This document shows positions 47,231 to 57,116 of a stretch of DNA of 64,000 nucleotides, piece after piece. Under the pieces are notes generated by a model. That model made no database searches, was not told the DNA's origin, and worked only from the letters and a program-made list of their open reading frames with translations. The position numbers were made by a program, and so were the translations under genes. Each line of letters starts with the position of its first letter. Within the stretch, counting starts at the first letter, position 1. The stretch comes from an uncultured Verrucomicrobiae bacterium (GTDB lineage Bacteria; Verrucomicrobiota; Verrucomicrobiia; Limisphaerales; Palsa-1400), in contig CAVPOM010000018.1 in assembly GCA_963707025.1 (NCBI GenBank), positions 320,001 to 384,000 on the forward strand, in the 5' to 3' direction.

Positions 47231-48520
47231 ATGGATTTGAAACTGCCTCCGCTCGGAGAAGGTGCTGACTCAGGCAATGTCGTGAGCATCCTGGTCAAAG
47301 AGGGCGATGCCATCGCCAAAGGCCAGGGCCTCATTGAACTGGAAACCGGCAAGGCCGTCGCCCCGGTGCCCGCCTCCGCCTCCGGCATGGTGACAAAGAT
47401 CATCGTGGCGGTGGGCGACAAAATCTCCGTCGGCCAGCCGATTCTTTCCATTGACGCCACCGCCACCGCCACCGCGCCAGGAACCGCGCCCGCCGCCAAA
47501 CCGGCCCCGGCCAGAGCGCCCCACCCCGGGCGCCACCCCGCCGCCGCCCCGCCTCCGCCCGCGGACCAGGACGCCGAACCGCCGCCGGCAGGCCCGGAAA
47601 CGTCCGCCGGCCCGCCGCCGGCCGCTTCGCCATCCCTCCGCCGCATGGCGCGCGAATTGGGCATTGATCTGAGGAAGATTCGCGGCAGCCAATCGGGCGG
47701 ACGAATTGTCCTTGGGGATGTGCGGGCTTACATTGAGCGGCTGCAACGGCTCGCCGCCCAACCCCGCACCGCTGCCGGCGCGCCCGTCCAACCGGCCCCT
47801 GAACCCATTGATTTTTCCAAATGGGGACCCATCGCCAAGCGTCCCCTCACCCCATTGCGCAAGGTGATTGCCGGGCGGCTGGCGCAAAGCTGGCACACCG
47901 TTCCGCGCGTCACCCAGTTTGACCAGGCCGACATCACCGCCCTGAACGAATTGCGCAAAAATCACTCCCAGGCCTACGAACAACAGGGGGCGCGCCTGAC
48001 CCTGACCTCCTTCGCCCTGAAAATTGTGGCCGGGGCGCTGAAAAAGCATCCCATTTTCAACAGCAGCCTGGATGAAGCCGCCGGCGAACTGGTCTGGAAG
48101 GAATACTTTCACATCGGCCTGGCGGTGGACACCGATCAGGGCCTGATCGTCCCGGTGCTGCGCGACGTGGACAAGAAGAACCTGCTCTCGCTCTCCAGGG
48201 AATTGAATGACTTGGCGGCGAAAACCCGCGACCGCAAAGTGTCGTTGGAAGAATTGCAGGGCGGTTCCTTCACCATTTCCAATCAGGGCGGCATTGGCGG
48301 CGGCCATTTCACACCGATTATCAACCACCCGGAAGTCGCCATTCTCGGCCTGGGCCGCGCCGCCCTGCAACCGGTCGTGCGCGCGGGCAAAATCGAGCCG
48401 CGCCTCATGCTGCCCCTGACCCTGGCCTACGATCATCGGGTGATTGACGGCGGCGCGGCCGTCCGCTTCCTGCTCGAGATTGTGCAAGGCTTTGAAGAAT
48501 TTGACGAGAAGGGAATTTAA
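47231..48520 (+). CDS. aceF: Pyruvate dehydrogenase E2, dihydrolipoamide acetyltransferase
   Basis: Lipoyl domain ETGKA, ASPSLRRMARELG, FTISN.G, YDHRVIDG. Confidence 0.88.
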   Translation: MDLKLPPLGEGADSGNVVSILVKEGDAIAKGQGLIELETGKAVAPVPASASGMVTKIIVAVGDKISVGQPILSIDATATATAPGTAPAAKPAPARAPHPGRHPAAAPPPPADQDAEPPPAGPETSAGPPPAASPSLRRMARELGIDLRKIRGSQSGGRIVLGDVRAYIERLQRLAAQPRTAAGAPVQPAPEPIDFSKWGPIAKRPLTPLRKVIAGRLAQSWHTVPRVTQFDQADITALNELRKNHSQAYEQQGARLTLTSFALKIVAGALKKHPIFNSSLDEAAGELVWKEYFHIGLAVDTDQGLIVPVLRDVDKKNLLSLSRELNDLAAKTRDRKVSLEELQGGSFTISNQGGIGGGHFTPIINHPEVAILGLGRAALQPVVRAGKIEPRLMLPLTLAYDHRVIDGGAAVRFLLEIVQGFEEFDEKGI

Positions 48521-48549
48521 TCCCATCACTCCACCACCCCACCACTCCC

Positions 48550-49992
48550 ATGGAACCGATCAACACGGAAATTGTCGTGCTGGGCGCCGGCCCCGGCGGT
48601 TATGCCGCGGCCTTTTACGCCGCCGACCTTGGCAAAAAAGTGCTGCTCGTCGAGCAGGATAAAAAACTGGGCGGCGTCTGCCTCAACCGCGGTTGCATTC
48701 CGTCCAAAGCCCTGCTCCACGCCGCCAAGATGATTGTCGAGGCGCGCGAATCCGCCCATCGCGGCATCACCTTCGGCCCGCCCCAGATTGAACTGGACAA
48801 ATTGCGCGCCTGGAAAAACGCCGTCGTCGAAAAACTGGCCGGCGGCGTTTCCTTCCTCGCCCGCAAGCGCGGCGTCCAGGTCGTGACCGGGCGCGGCTAT
48901 TTTGAAAACTCGCAAACCCTCCGCATCGAAACAGCCGAAGGCCAGCAATTCGTCAATTTTGAAAAAGCCATCGTGGCCGTCGGCTCCAACGCCGCCCTGC
49001 CCAAGGCCTTCGACCTGGGCAATCCGCGCGTCATGACTTCCACCGAGGCCCTGGAAGTCGAGGAAGTCCCGGAGGATTTGCTCGTGGTGGGCGGCGGCTA
49101 CATCGGCATGGAATTGGGCAGCGTCTATGCCAACCTCGGCAGCAAAGTCGTGGTCGTCGAACTGCTCGACACCATCCTCAGCGGCGCCGACCCCGACCTG
49201 GTGCGGCCCGTTTTGAAATGCGCCCAGGCCAGTTTCCGCGAACTGCGCTTTAAAACCAAGGTCACGAAAATGGCGACCAAAGGCAAAAAAATCCTCGCCG
49301 TCACCGAAGGCCCGGACAAAACGCCCCGGGAGGAACTCTACGACCGCGTGCTCGTCTCCGTCGGGCGCGTGCCCCGCTGCCGCGACCTGGGTTTGGAAAA
49401 CACCAAAGTGGAGCAGGACGACCGCGGCTTCATCAAAGTCAACGACCGCCAGGAAACCGCCGACCCCGCCATTCTGGCCATCGGCGACATCGCCGGCGGC
49501 GTCCTGCTGGCCCACAAGGCGACCAAGGAAGGCCGCATCGCCGTCGAAACCATCGCGGGCGAAGCCAGCACCTCCGCCGGCGTCATCATCCCCGCCGTGG
49601 TCTTCACCGATCCCGAAGTGGCCTGGTGCGGCTTGACCGAGGCCGAAGCCAAGGACCGGGGCATCGCCGTCGAAGTCGCCAAATTCCCCTGGACCGCCTC
49701 CGGTCGCGCCCTGACTTTTGACCACCCCGGCGGCCTGACCAAATTAATTATTGACGCGGAGACCGAGCGCGTGCTGGGCGTCGGCATTGTCGGTTATGGC
49801 GCGGGCGAATTGATTGCCGAAGGCGTCGTCATCGTGGAAATGGGCGGCAGCGCGCGCGACCTGGCCGAATGCGTCCATCCCCATCCCACTTTGTCCGAGA
49901 CGATCATGGAAGCCGCCGAAGCCTTCTACGGCTACGCCACCCACACCTTTTCCCCAAAAAAACCGGAAGAGCAGGGCCATCACGGGTCATAA
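48550..49992 (+). CDS. lpdA: Dihydrolipoyl dehydrogenase
   Basis: GAGPGGY, GGVCLNRGCIPSK, GGGYIG.E, HPHPTLSE. Confidence 0.96.
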   Translation: MEPINTEIVVLGAGPGGYAAAFYAADLGKKVLLVEQDKKLGGVCLNRGCIPSKALLHAAKMIVEARESAHRGITFGPPQIELDKLRAWKNAVVEKLAGGVSFLARKRGVQVVTGRGYFENSQTLRIETAEGQQFVNFEKAIVAVGSNAALPKAFDLGNPRVMTSTEALEVEEVPEDLLVVGGGYIGMELGSVYANLGSKVVVVELLDTILSGADPDLVRPVLKCAQASFRELRFKTKVTKMATKGKKILAVTEGPDKTPREELYDRVLVSVGRVPRCRDLGLENTKVEQDDRGFIKVNDRQETADPAILAIGDIAGGVLLAHKATKEGRIAVETIAGEASTSAGVIIPAVVFTDPEVAWCGLTEAEAKDRGIAVEVAKFPWTASGRALTFDHPGGLTKLIIDAETERVLGVGIVGYGAGELIAEGVVIVEMGGSARDLAECVHPHPTLSETIMEAAEAFYGYATHTFSPKKPEEQGHHGS

Positions 49993-50129
49993 TCCAACTG
50001 GCGCGCCTTGAATCATGACCCCAAGCGGTGGAGGAGGACCGTGCCAATTTGGCCGGCGTTTGTAATTGACATGAAAGTGTTTTGCTTTAAGCTCGCCCCA
50101 AACAGCCCAATCGGCCAACTATCTATTAT

Positions 50130-50972
50130 ATGCGCGCCAAATCCCTGGCCACTCTCATCGGGGTCGCCATCATTATTTTCGTGGTGGTTATCCTGGCCTC
50201 CACCGGAACCTATGTCGTCGATCCCGGCAGCCGCGGGGTGGAGGTGACCCTGGGCAAGGTCTCGCCCGTCTTTAAGCCGGAAGGCTTCGGCTACAAAACG
50301 CCGTTGATCACCAGCATCGTTCCCGTCACTGTCCGCCAGCAAACCAAGGAACTCCAGGCCGAGTGTTACTCCTCCGATTTGCAGCAGGTCAAGACCGAAT
50401 TGCGCGTGCTCTATCGCGTCCCGGAAAGCTCGGTGGTCAAGATTTACCAGGATTTCGCGGGCGACCCCTTCGACAGCCTGATCGCCCCCCGGGTGCAGGA
50501 GGCCTTGAAGGAGGTCACGGCCATGCAAACCGCCGAGCAAATTGTCAAAAACCGCGAGGAGGTCAAATCCAAAACCCTGGCCGCGGTGCGGACCAAGGTG
50601 GGCACGCTCCTGGTGGTCGAAGACGTCGTCATACAGAACATAGACTTGACGAAGGAATTGGAGGCCGCCATCGAAGCCAAGATGGTGCAGGAACAGGAGG
50701 CGGCCAAGGCCAAGTTCACGCAGCAGAAGGCGGAAATCGAAGCGGCCACCGTCATCATCAAGGCCAAGGGCGATGCCGAATCCATTCGCATCCGCGGCGA
50801 GGCGCTCAAGGCCGACCCCACCTTCATTGATCTGCAGATTGTCGAAAAATGGGACGGCAAGGCCCCGCTGGTCATCGGCAGCGGGGGCGAGGGCGCCAAC
50901 ATGCTCCTGCCGCTGACCGATTTGCAAAAGTTGCGCAGCACGGCCACGGCGCCGGCGCCGGCGCCGCGCTGA
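50130..50972 (+). CDS. SPFH/prohibitin-family protein
   Basis: N-terminal TM helix, SSDLQ, AIEAKMVQEQ coiled coil, EKWDGKAP. Confidence 0.9.
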   Translation: MRAKSLATLIGVAIIIFVVVILASTGTYVVDPGSRGVEVTLGKVSPVFKPEGFGYKTPLITSIVPVTVRQQTKELQAECYSSDLQQVKTELRVLYRVPESSVVKIYQDFAGDPFDSLIAPRVQEALKEVTAMQTAEQIVKNREEVKSKTLAAVRTKVGTLLVVEDVVIQNIDLTKELEAAIEAKMVQEQEAAKAKFTQQKAEIEAATVIIKAKGDAESIRIRGEALKADPTFIDLQIVEKWDGKAPLVIGSGGEGANMLLPLTDLQKLRSTATAPAPAPR

Positions 50973-50981
50973 TTTGCCGCC

Positions 50982-51179
50982 ATGAAACGCTGGCTCATCG
51001 TGCTGCTGAAAATGGCTGTGTTGCTGGGCGTGCTGGCCGGGTTGGTCCTCCTTTTTCCCGGGGCGATGAAATTTGTCGAAATGGCGGCGCGCGAACTGCG
51101 CTATTTTTGGTGGGTGATTTTTCTGCTGGCCCTGGCCGCCTGGCTGATCTGGGGGTTGGGCGGGAAAAAAAAGGAATAA
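50982..51179 (+). CDS. Small two-TM membrane protein
   Basis: Two hydrophobic helices; starts 9 bp after the SPFH gene. Confidence 0.7.
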   Translation: MKRWLIVLLKMAVLLGVLAGLVLLFPGAMKFVEMAARELRYFWWVIFLLALAAWLIWGLGGKKKE

Positions 51180-51268
51180 GCCCGCAGGAAAATGCTGGCG
51201 CAAAACCGGCCGCCCTGTTACCCTTGCCGCAATCAATTCATCCATGAATTGAGGCAGCCGATCTGTTT

Positions 51269-51742
51269 ATGCCAAAAGTCAAAGAACTTTATGTGAACGG
51301 CAAAACCGTTCCGGTGAATGTGGACGGCGAACGCTCCCTGTTGAGCGTCCTGCGCGACGATCTCGACCTAACCGGCAGCAAATACGGCTGCGGCGAAGGC
51401 CAATGCGGCGCCTGCACCGTGCTGCTCGACGGCAACCCCGTCCGCTCCTGCCGCACCACCGCCGCCGAAGCCGGCAAACGCAAAATCACCACCATCGAAA
51501 GCCTGGAAAAGGACGGCCAGTTGCACCCGTTGCAGGAGGCTTTTCTCAAACACGACGCCATGCAGTGCGGCTATTGCACCTCCGGCATGATCATGTCCGG
51601 CTACGCCTTGCTCCAGAAAAGCCGCGATCCCTCGGAAGCTGAAATCATCCGTTCCATGACCGGCAACATCTGCCGCTGCGGCGTTTACCAACGCATCATG
51701 GCGGCCATCAAGGACGGCGCCAAAGCGCTGCAAAACAAATGA
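51269..51742 (+). CDS. [2Fe-2S] small subunit of a molybdenum hydroxylase (IorA/CoxS-like)
   Basis: KYGCGEGQCGACTV, QCGYCTSG, NICRCG. Confidence 0.94.
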   Translation: MPKVKELYVNGKTVPVNVDGERSLLSVLRDDLDLTGSKYGCGEGQCGACTVLLDGNPVRSCRTTAAEAGKRKITTIESLEKDGQLHPLQEAFLKHDAMQCGYCTSGMIMSGYALLQKSRDPSEAEIIRSMTGNICRCGVYQRIMAAIKDGAKALQNK

Positions 51743-53949
51743 ACCCAGACGACACGCAAATTTTAGAGCCGGAACAATACGGGCTGGAAAGGCCCGCCCC
51801 GGCGCATTTGGAGGTCAGCCGCCGCGACTTTTTCAAGACTCTCGGCTGCGGAGTGATGGTGCTCTTTGTCGTTCCCGCCGCGCTGGCGCGCGGCGGCGGA
51901 GGCGCCGGCCGGGGCGGACGCGGCGGAGCAGCCCCACCGGCCGAAATCAGCGCCTGGATCCATATCGGCGAGGACGGCACGGTGACGGTTTACACGGGCA
52001 AAGCGGAAGTCGGCCAGAACATCCGCACCTCCCTGACCCAGGCGGTGGCCGAGGAACTGCCCGTGCCCGTTTCCTCCATCAAGATTTTGATGGCCGACAC
52101 GGACCTGGTTCCCTACGACGCGGGCACTTTCGGCAGCATGACCACGCCGCGGATGGCGCCGACCTTGCATCGCGCGGCGGCGGCGGCGCGCGGCGTGTTG
52201 CTCGACATGGCCGCGGAACATTTCCAGGTGGATCGCGCTGCTCTCACCGTGGCCGACGGCAAGATTTCCAAAACGGGCGGCACTGAATCCGTCACCTTCG
52301 GCCAGTTGACCAAGGGCCAGAAATTCACCAAGACGATTGACAATGCCACGCCCATTACGCCCGCCAGCGAATGGAAAATCGCCGGCACCTCCCTCCCCAA
52401 AGTGGACGGACGGGACTTTGTCACCGGCCAACACAAGTACTCGTCCGACCTGAAATTGCCCGGCATGTTGTTTGGCCGGGTCCTGCGCGGCCCGACGCTG
52501 GATGCGAAGATTGTTTCCGTTGACACCACGGCGGCCGAAGCGATGGAAGGAGTGAAAGTGGTGCGCGAAGAGACGCGCAATGGGACTTTTGTCGGGGTGG
52601 TGGCGCCGGACTCCCTGCTGGCCGAGTATGCGCTCAACGCCATCACCGCCCAATGGTCCGCTCCCACCGAGCAGCCCACGGACAAGACGATTTTCGAGTA
52701 TTTGAAAAACAACGTGGCCGCGGGCGGCGGACGCGGCGGCGGTGGCGGACGGGGTGGCGAAGGCGCCCCATTCGTCGAGGAGGCCGTCGCACAGGAGGCG
52801 CCTGCCGCGGGTGCGACCGCGGCGGCCGATCACACGCTCCAGCAAACCTACCACATCGCCTACATTGCCCACACCGCGCTGGAACCGCGCGCCGCCGTGG
52901 CGGATTGGAAGGAAGACAAACTGACCGTTTGGGCGGGATCGCAAAGCCCCTTTGGCGTGCGCGGTGGCGTGGCCCAAGCCTTGGGCATCCCGCAGGAGCG
53001 CGTGCGCGTCATCGTGCCGGACACAGGCTCCGGCTACGGCGGAAAACACAACAGCGAAGCAGCCCCTGAAGCCGCGCGTTTATCCAGGGCGGTCGGCAAA
53101 CCGGTCAAGCTGGTCTGGACGCGCGAGGAGGAATTTGCCTGGGCGGCCTTCCGTCCGGCGGGCGTCATTGAAGTGACCAGCGGCGTGCGCAACGACGGCA
53201 CCCTGGTCTCCTGGGACTTTACCAATTACAATTCAGGCAATGCCGGTCTGAGCAGCCCTTACCTGCAAAATCAAACCTCCGTCTTTCGTTCCACCCGTCT
53301 GGTGCTCCGGCAGACTTCCTATCGCGCGCTGGCGGCCACCGCCAACAACTTTGCCCGTGAAGTCCACATGGACGAACTGGCGCGGCTCTTGAAGATGGAC
53401 CCGCTGGAGTTTCGCCTCAAGAACTTGACCAACTCCCGCCTCCGCGCCGTCTTTGAAGCCGCCGCCAAAGCCTTCGGCTGGGGCACGGTCAAGGCCTCGG
53501 GCGGACGCGGCTTCGGGATTGCGGGCGGGACGGAAAAGGGTTCCTACATCGCGACTTGCGCCGAAGTTTTGGCCGACACCGCCAGCGGAACGGTCAAAGT
53601 GGTGCGGGCCGTGACCGCGTTTGATTGCGGCGCGGTCGTCAACCCCAACCATCTCAAAAACCAGATCGAAGGCGCCATGGTGATGGGCCTGGGCGGCGCT
53701 CTTTTTGAGGCCGTGGAATTTGAGAAGGGGATGATCACCAATCCGCATCTGGCCGATTACCGCGTGCCCCGCTTCACCGACGCTCCCAAAATTGAAATCG
53801 TTCTTATTGACAGAAAGGACATGGCTTCCGCCGGCGCGGGCGAAACCCCCATCATCAGCATCGGCCCCGCCGTGGGCAACGCGATTTTTGACGCCACCAA
53901 CATCCGCCTGCGCAACATGCCCATGATTCCCGACGGCCTGAAGGCGTAG
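51739..53949 (+). CDS. Molybdopterin-binding large subunit (isoquinoline 1-oxidoreductase beta-like), Tat-type signal
   Basis: SRRDFFK, GKAEVGQ, AHTALEP, GSGYGGK, NQIEGA, GAGETP. Confidence 0.9.
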   Translation: MNPDDTQILEPEQYGLERPAPAHLEVSRRDFFKTLGCGVMVLFVVPAALARGGGGAGRGGRGGAAPPAEISAWIHIGEDGTVTVYTGKAEVGQNIRTSLTQAVAEELPVPVSSIKILMADTDLVPYDAGTFGSMTTPRMAPTLHRAAAAARGVLLDMAAEHFQVDRAALTVADGKISKTGGTESVTFGQLTKGQKFTKTIDNATPITPASEWKIAGTSLPKVDGRDFVTGQHKYSSDLKLPGMLFGRVLRGPTLDAKIVSVDTTAAEAMEGVKVVREETRNGTFVGVVAPDSLLAEYALNAITAQWSAPTEQPTDKTIFEYLKNNVAAGGGRGGGGGRGGEGAPFVEEAVAQEAPAAGATAAADHTLQQTYHIAYIAHTALEPRAAVADWKEDKLTVWAGSQSPFGVRGGVAQALGIPQERVRVIVPDTGSGYGGKHNSEAAPEAARLSRAVGKPVKLVWTREEEFAWAAFRPAGVIEVTSGVRNDGTLVSWDFTNYNSGNAGLSSPYLQNQTSVFRSTRLVLRQTSYRALAATANNFAREVHMDELARLLKMDPLEFRLKNLTNSRLRAVFEAAAKAFGWGTVKASGGRGFGIAGGTEKGSYIATCAEVLADTASGTVKVVRAVTAFDCGAVVNPNHLKNQIEGAMVMGLGGALFEAVEFEKGMITNPHLADYRVPRFTDAPKIEIVLIDRKDMASAGAGETPIISIGPAVGNAIFDATNIRLRNMPMIPDGLKA

Positions 53950-53967
53950 CTTGTTCTTTTTCTTCAT

Positions 53968-54017
53968 GGGTGGCACGGGCGACTCGCCCGTCCCGCCGGG
54001 CCACTGGCCCGGCGGAA
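53968..54017. repeat. REP-like double hairpin
   Basis: gggtggcacgggcgactcgcccgt-cccgccgggccactggcccggcggaa. Confidence 0.55.
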
Positions 54018-54213
54018 GCTCGACTGGGACTCTTGGCAAAAGCATCGAAATCAAGCCCGGAACAACTTAATCTATGACATACGGGGCGACGGAGTAATCC
54101 TCGCTTTGCTTGCAAGTCCGCCACTCCACCACTCCACCACTCCGGCCCTCCATTCCAATGCAGGTTCATTTTGCATTTTTCATTTTGCATTTTTCATTTC
54201 ATAATCTCCGCCC

Positions 54214-55335
54214 GTGAAAGAACTCGCCGCCATCCTCAGCGCCCAGGCCCGCCAGGCGGATAAAACCGCCGCCCTGGCCACGCTGGTGCAGGCTTCCGGC
54301 TCGACTTACCGCCGCCCCGGCGCCCGCATGTGGATTTCCGCGGACGGCGAATCGGTGGGTTCCATCAGCGGCGGTTGTCTGGAGCGCGACGTCATCGAAA
54401 AGGCGCAGGGCGTCATGCAACAAGGCCAAACCCTCCTGCTGACCTATGACACCACGGCGGAAGAGGACCTGGTTTTTGGCGCGGGACTGGGCTGCCAGGG
54501 CGCGGTCCATATTCTGGTCGAACCGGTCCGGCCCGGATCCCCCGCGGCCGGGTTGATCCAGTTTGTCAACCATCTTTTCCAACTGCGGCAAAGCGGCGTG
54601 GCCGCCACGGTTTTTCGATTGCAGGGCCTCATCCAGGCGCGGCTGGGCGACCGCCTGATGCTGGACCCCGGCGGCACCGTGGCCGGGGAAGTCCAGGACC
54701 CGGCGCTCAAAAGCAAAATGCTCCTGGCCGCCCGCGAAACCCTCCCGGCCAACCGTTCCAAGACCGTGGAATTCGAGCTGGCCGCCGGCACGGCCGAAGT
54801 CTTCGTGGAGGTGATCCAGGCGCCCGTGCCCCTGGTGATTTTCGGGGCCGGCTACGACGCCGCCCCCATGGTGCGCCTGGCCAAGGAGCTGGGTTTTCAT
54901 GTCACCGTGGCCGATGTGCGCCCGGCTTACGCCCGGCCAGACCGCTTTCCCGAGGCCGATGCCGTCGTGGTGGTGCGCCCGGAGGAGGCCACCCGCCTGG
55001 CGCTCAACGAAAAAACCGCGGCGGTCATCATGTCGCACAATTATTTGACAGACCGCGCCTTCCTCAAGGCGCTGCTGCCGCTCCCCTTGCGCTACCTCGG
55101 TTTGATGGGGCCAAAAGCCCGCGCCCAGAAAATGCTCCAGGAATTGCGCCAGGATGACGGGGGGCCCAGCGAGGCCATGCTCCGCCAAATTCATAATCCC
55201 GTGGGGCTGGACATTGGCGCGGAGAATCCGGAACAAATCGCCCTGGCCATCCTGGCCGAAATCCAGGCCGTCCTCTCCGGCCATGCCGGCGGCTTGCTCC
55301 GCGAAAAGACCAGCTCCATCCATGCCCCTGCCTGA
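54214..55335 (+). CDS. xdhC: XdhC/CoxI-family Moco chaperone
   Basis: GSTYRRPGARM, GSISGGCLE, GLGCQG, FGAGYD, PVGLDIGAENPEQIAL. Confidence 0.9.
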   Translation: MKELAAILSAQARQADKTAALATLVQASGSTYRRPGARMWISADGESVGSISGGCLERDVIEKAQGVMQQGQTLLLTYDTTAEEDLVFGAGLGCQGAVHILVEPVRPGSPAAGLIQFVNHLFQLRQSGVAATVFRLQGLIQARLGDRLMLDPGGTVAGEVQDPALKSKMLLAARETLPANRSKTVEFELAAGTAEVFVEVIQAPVPLVIFGAGYDAAPMVRLAKELGFHVTVADVRPAYARPDRFPEADAVVVVRPEEATRLALNEKTAAVIMSHNYLTDRAFLKALLPLPLRYLGLMGPKARAQKMLQELRQDDGGPSEAMLRQIHNPVGLDIGAENPEQIALAILAEIQAVLSGHAGGLLREKTSSIHAPA

Positions 55336-55340
55336 GGCTT

Positions 55341-56015
55341 ATGAACAGCGTGGCGCCAAACCTCTTCACCTCCCGCGGCGGCGCGGCCAGCGCCTTGATG
55401 ATTTTGGCCGCCGGCGCCTCCACCCGCCTGGGCCGTCCCAAGCAGTTGCTGCCGTTCCGGGGGCGCAGTCTCCTGCGACACGCCGCCGAAACCGCCCTGG
55501 CTTCCTCTTGCCGCCCGGTCGTCGTCGTGCTCGGCGCCTTGGCCGACAGGCTGAAGGGCGAATTGCGCGGCTTGCCCGTCACCGTGGCCATCAATCCCCA
55601 ATGGAATGAGGGCATCAGTTCGTCCATTCGCGCCGGCCTCAAGGCCCTGGCGCCGGAGGGGGCGGGGCCGAACGCCGTCCTCATTATGTTGTGCGACCAG
55701 CCTCTCATTTCAGCCCAATTCCTGGACCGCCTGGTCGCCGTCCACCAGTCCAGCGGCAGCGGCATCGTCGCGGCCGAATATGAGGGAGGAGCCGGTGTGC
55801 CGGCGCTGTTCAGCCGGGCCTATTATTCGGAGTTGGCGGCGTTGAGCGGCAACCGGGGCGCCAAACCAGTCATTGTCAAACATGCGAAACACGCGGAGCG
55901 AATTCCCTTGCCGGAGGCCGCCATGGACATTGACCGGCCGGAAGATATCCAACGGCTCGGTCGTCTGGCTGGGGCCTCATTGCCGGACGCAGTTGCCAAC
56001 GGCCAGGGCGGCTGA
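55341..56015 (+). CDS. mocA: Molybdenum cofactor cytidylyltransferase
   Basis: ILAAGASTRLGRPKQLL, LCDQP, GVPALF, DID..ED. Confidence 0.85.
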   Translation: MNSVAPNLFTSRGGAASALMILAAGASTRLGRPKQLLPFRGRSLLRHAAETALASSCRPVVVVLGALADRLKGELRGLPVTVAINPQWNEGISSSIRAGLKALAPEGAGPNAVLIMLCDQPLISAQFLDRLVAVHQSSGSGIVAAEYEGGAGVPALFSRAYYSELAALSGNRGAKPVIVKHAKHAERIPLPEAAMDIDRPEDIQRLGRLAGASLPDAVANGQGG

Positions 56016-56087
56016 AAACAGGAGGTATCATTGGACAAAACGGTTCTGATTTGATATCTTGGCAATGGAGGAGGTTGTCCCAATTGC

Positions 56088-57098
56088 ATGAATTTGAATC
56101 GCCTGAGAAGTATTGTTGCTTTGCTGATAGCGGCCCAGGGTTTGGCGGCCAAAGCGGATGTCACCCTGGCTTGGAACCCCGTGCCAGGGGCCGCCATCAC
56201 CAATTATACCTTGCTCTGGGGCACCAACAGCGGAGTTTACATTTTCGAAGCCTATACCGGCACTCAAACCAGCCTGACAGTGACCAGTTTGTCGCCCAAC
56301 ACAGTCTATTATTTCGCGGTCACGGCCACCGCGCAAGATGGCACCCAAAGCCTCGATTCCGGCGAAATTTGTTTCACCAACGCCCCGGAAATCCTGTCCA
56401 CCGGTCCTCCCGGGACCGGCGGCGGGATCGGTTTCACGAGTGAGGTTTCTGTTCCGGGGGTGCCGCCGGTGCTGACTTTGAGCTTTACCAACCATCACCC
56501 ATTATTGGCCATTTCCGGCACGCTGGCATCCACTCTGATGATCCAAAGCACCACCAACCCCGCCAATCTGAACAGTTGGACCACGATCACCAACCTGACC
56601 ATGACCAACCCGGCCGCGGCTGCCCCAACCAATCAAGGGTCGCCATCCGCCATCAACCTCGCCTTCGTTCCGGCCGCGCAAAACTACGAGGTGATTGACA
56701 GGACGCCCCCCACCTGCGAATTCTACCAGGTGGTGATGCCCTACGATTACATGGTGCTGGCCGATTATGTCTTGGCCCGCCAGGGATACACCAACCGCCT
56801 CCTGCTCGTGCGTATGCCGGGCATCTCCTCCGACGACGTTTGCTATGTCACCAACCAGAACAGCTTTCTTTTCTATGACGGGGCCAACCGCGCCTTCGCC
56901 CTGGCGCCTGCCGGTTCGACCATCCGCCAAATCGCCACCGCCTTGTCCACCTCGCTCGGCCAAAACTGGACCTCCGCCTCCGAGTTTACCTATTCCAACG
57001 GCGTCACCACCATCCTGGCTACCGTGGTTGAAACCGAGCCGGCCAGCTCGGACCCGGTGGCCGGCGCCGCCACCCCCAGCATCCAGATTGATTTTTAA
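56088..57098 (+). CDS. Secreted fibronectin type III domain protein
   Basis: Signal peptide; VTLAWNP...YTLLWGTNSG...LSPNTVYYFAVTA. Confidence 0.8.
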   Translation: MNLNRLRSIVALLIAAQGLAAKADVTLAWNPVPGAAITNYTLLWGTNSGVYIFEAYTGTQTSLTVTSLSPNTVYYFAVTATAQDGTQSLDSGEICFTNAPEILSTGPPGTGGGIGFTSEVSVPGVPPVLTLSFTNHHPLLAISGTLASTLMIQSTTNPANLNSWTTITNLTMTNPAAAAPTNQGSPSAINLAFVPAAQNYEVIDRTPPTCEFYQVVMPYDYMVLADYVLARQGYTNRLLLVRMPGISSDDVCYVTNQNSFLFYDGANRAFALAPAGSTIRQIATALSTSLGQNWTSASEFTYSNGVTTILATVVETEPASSDPVAGAATPSIQIDF

Positions 57099-57116
57099 AA
57101 AATCCATATCCGGATA

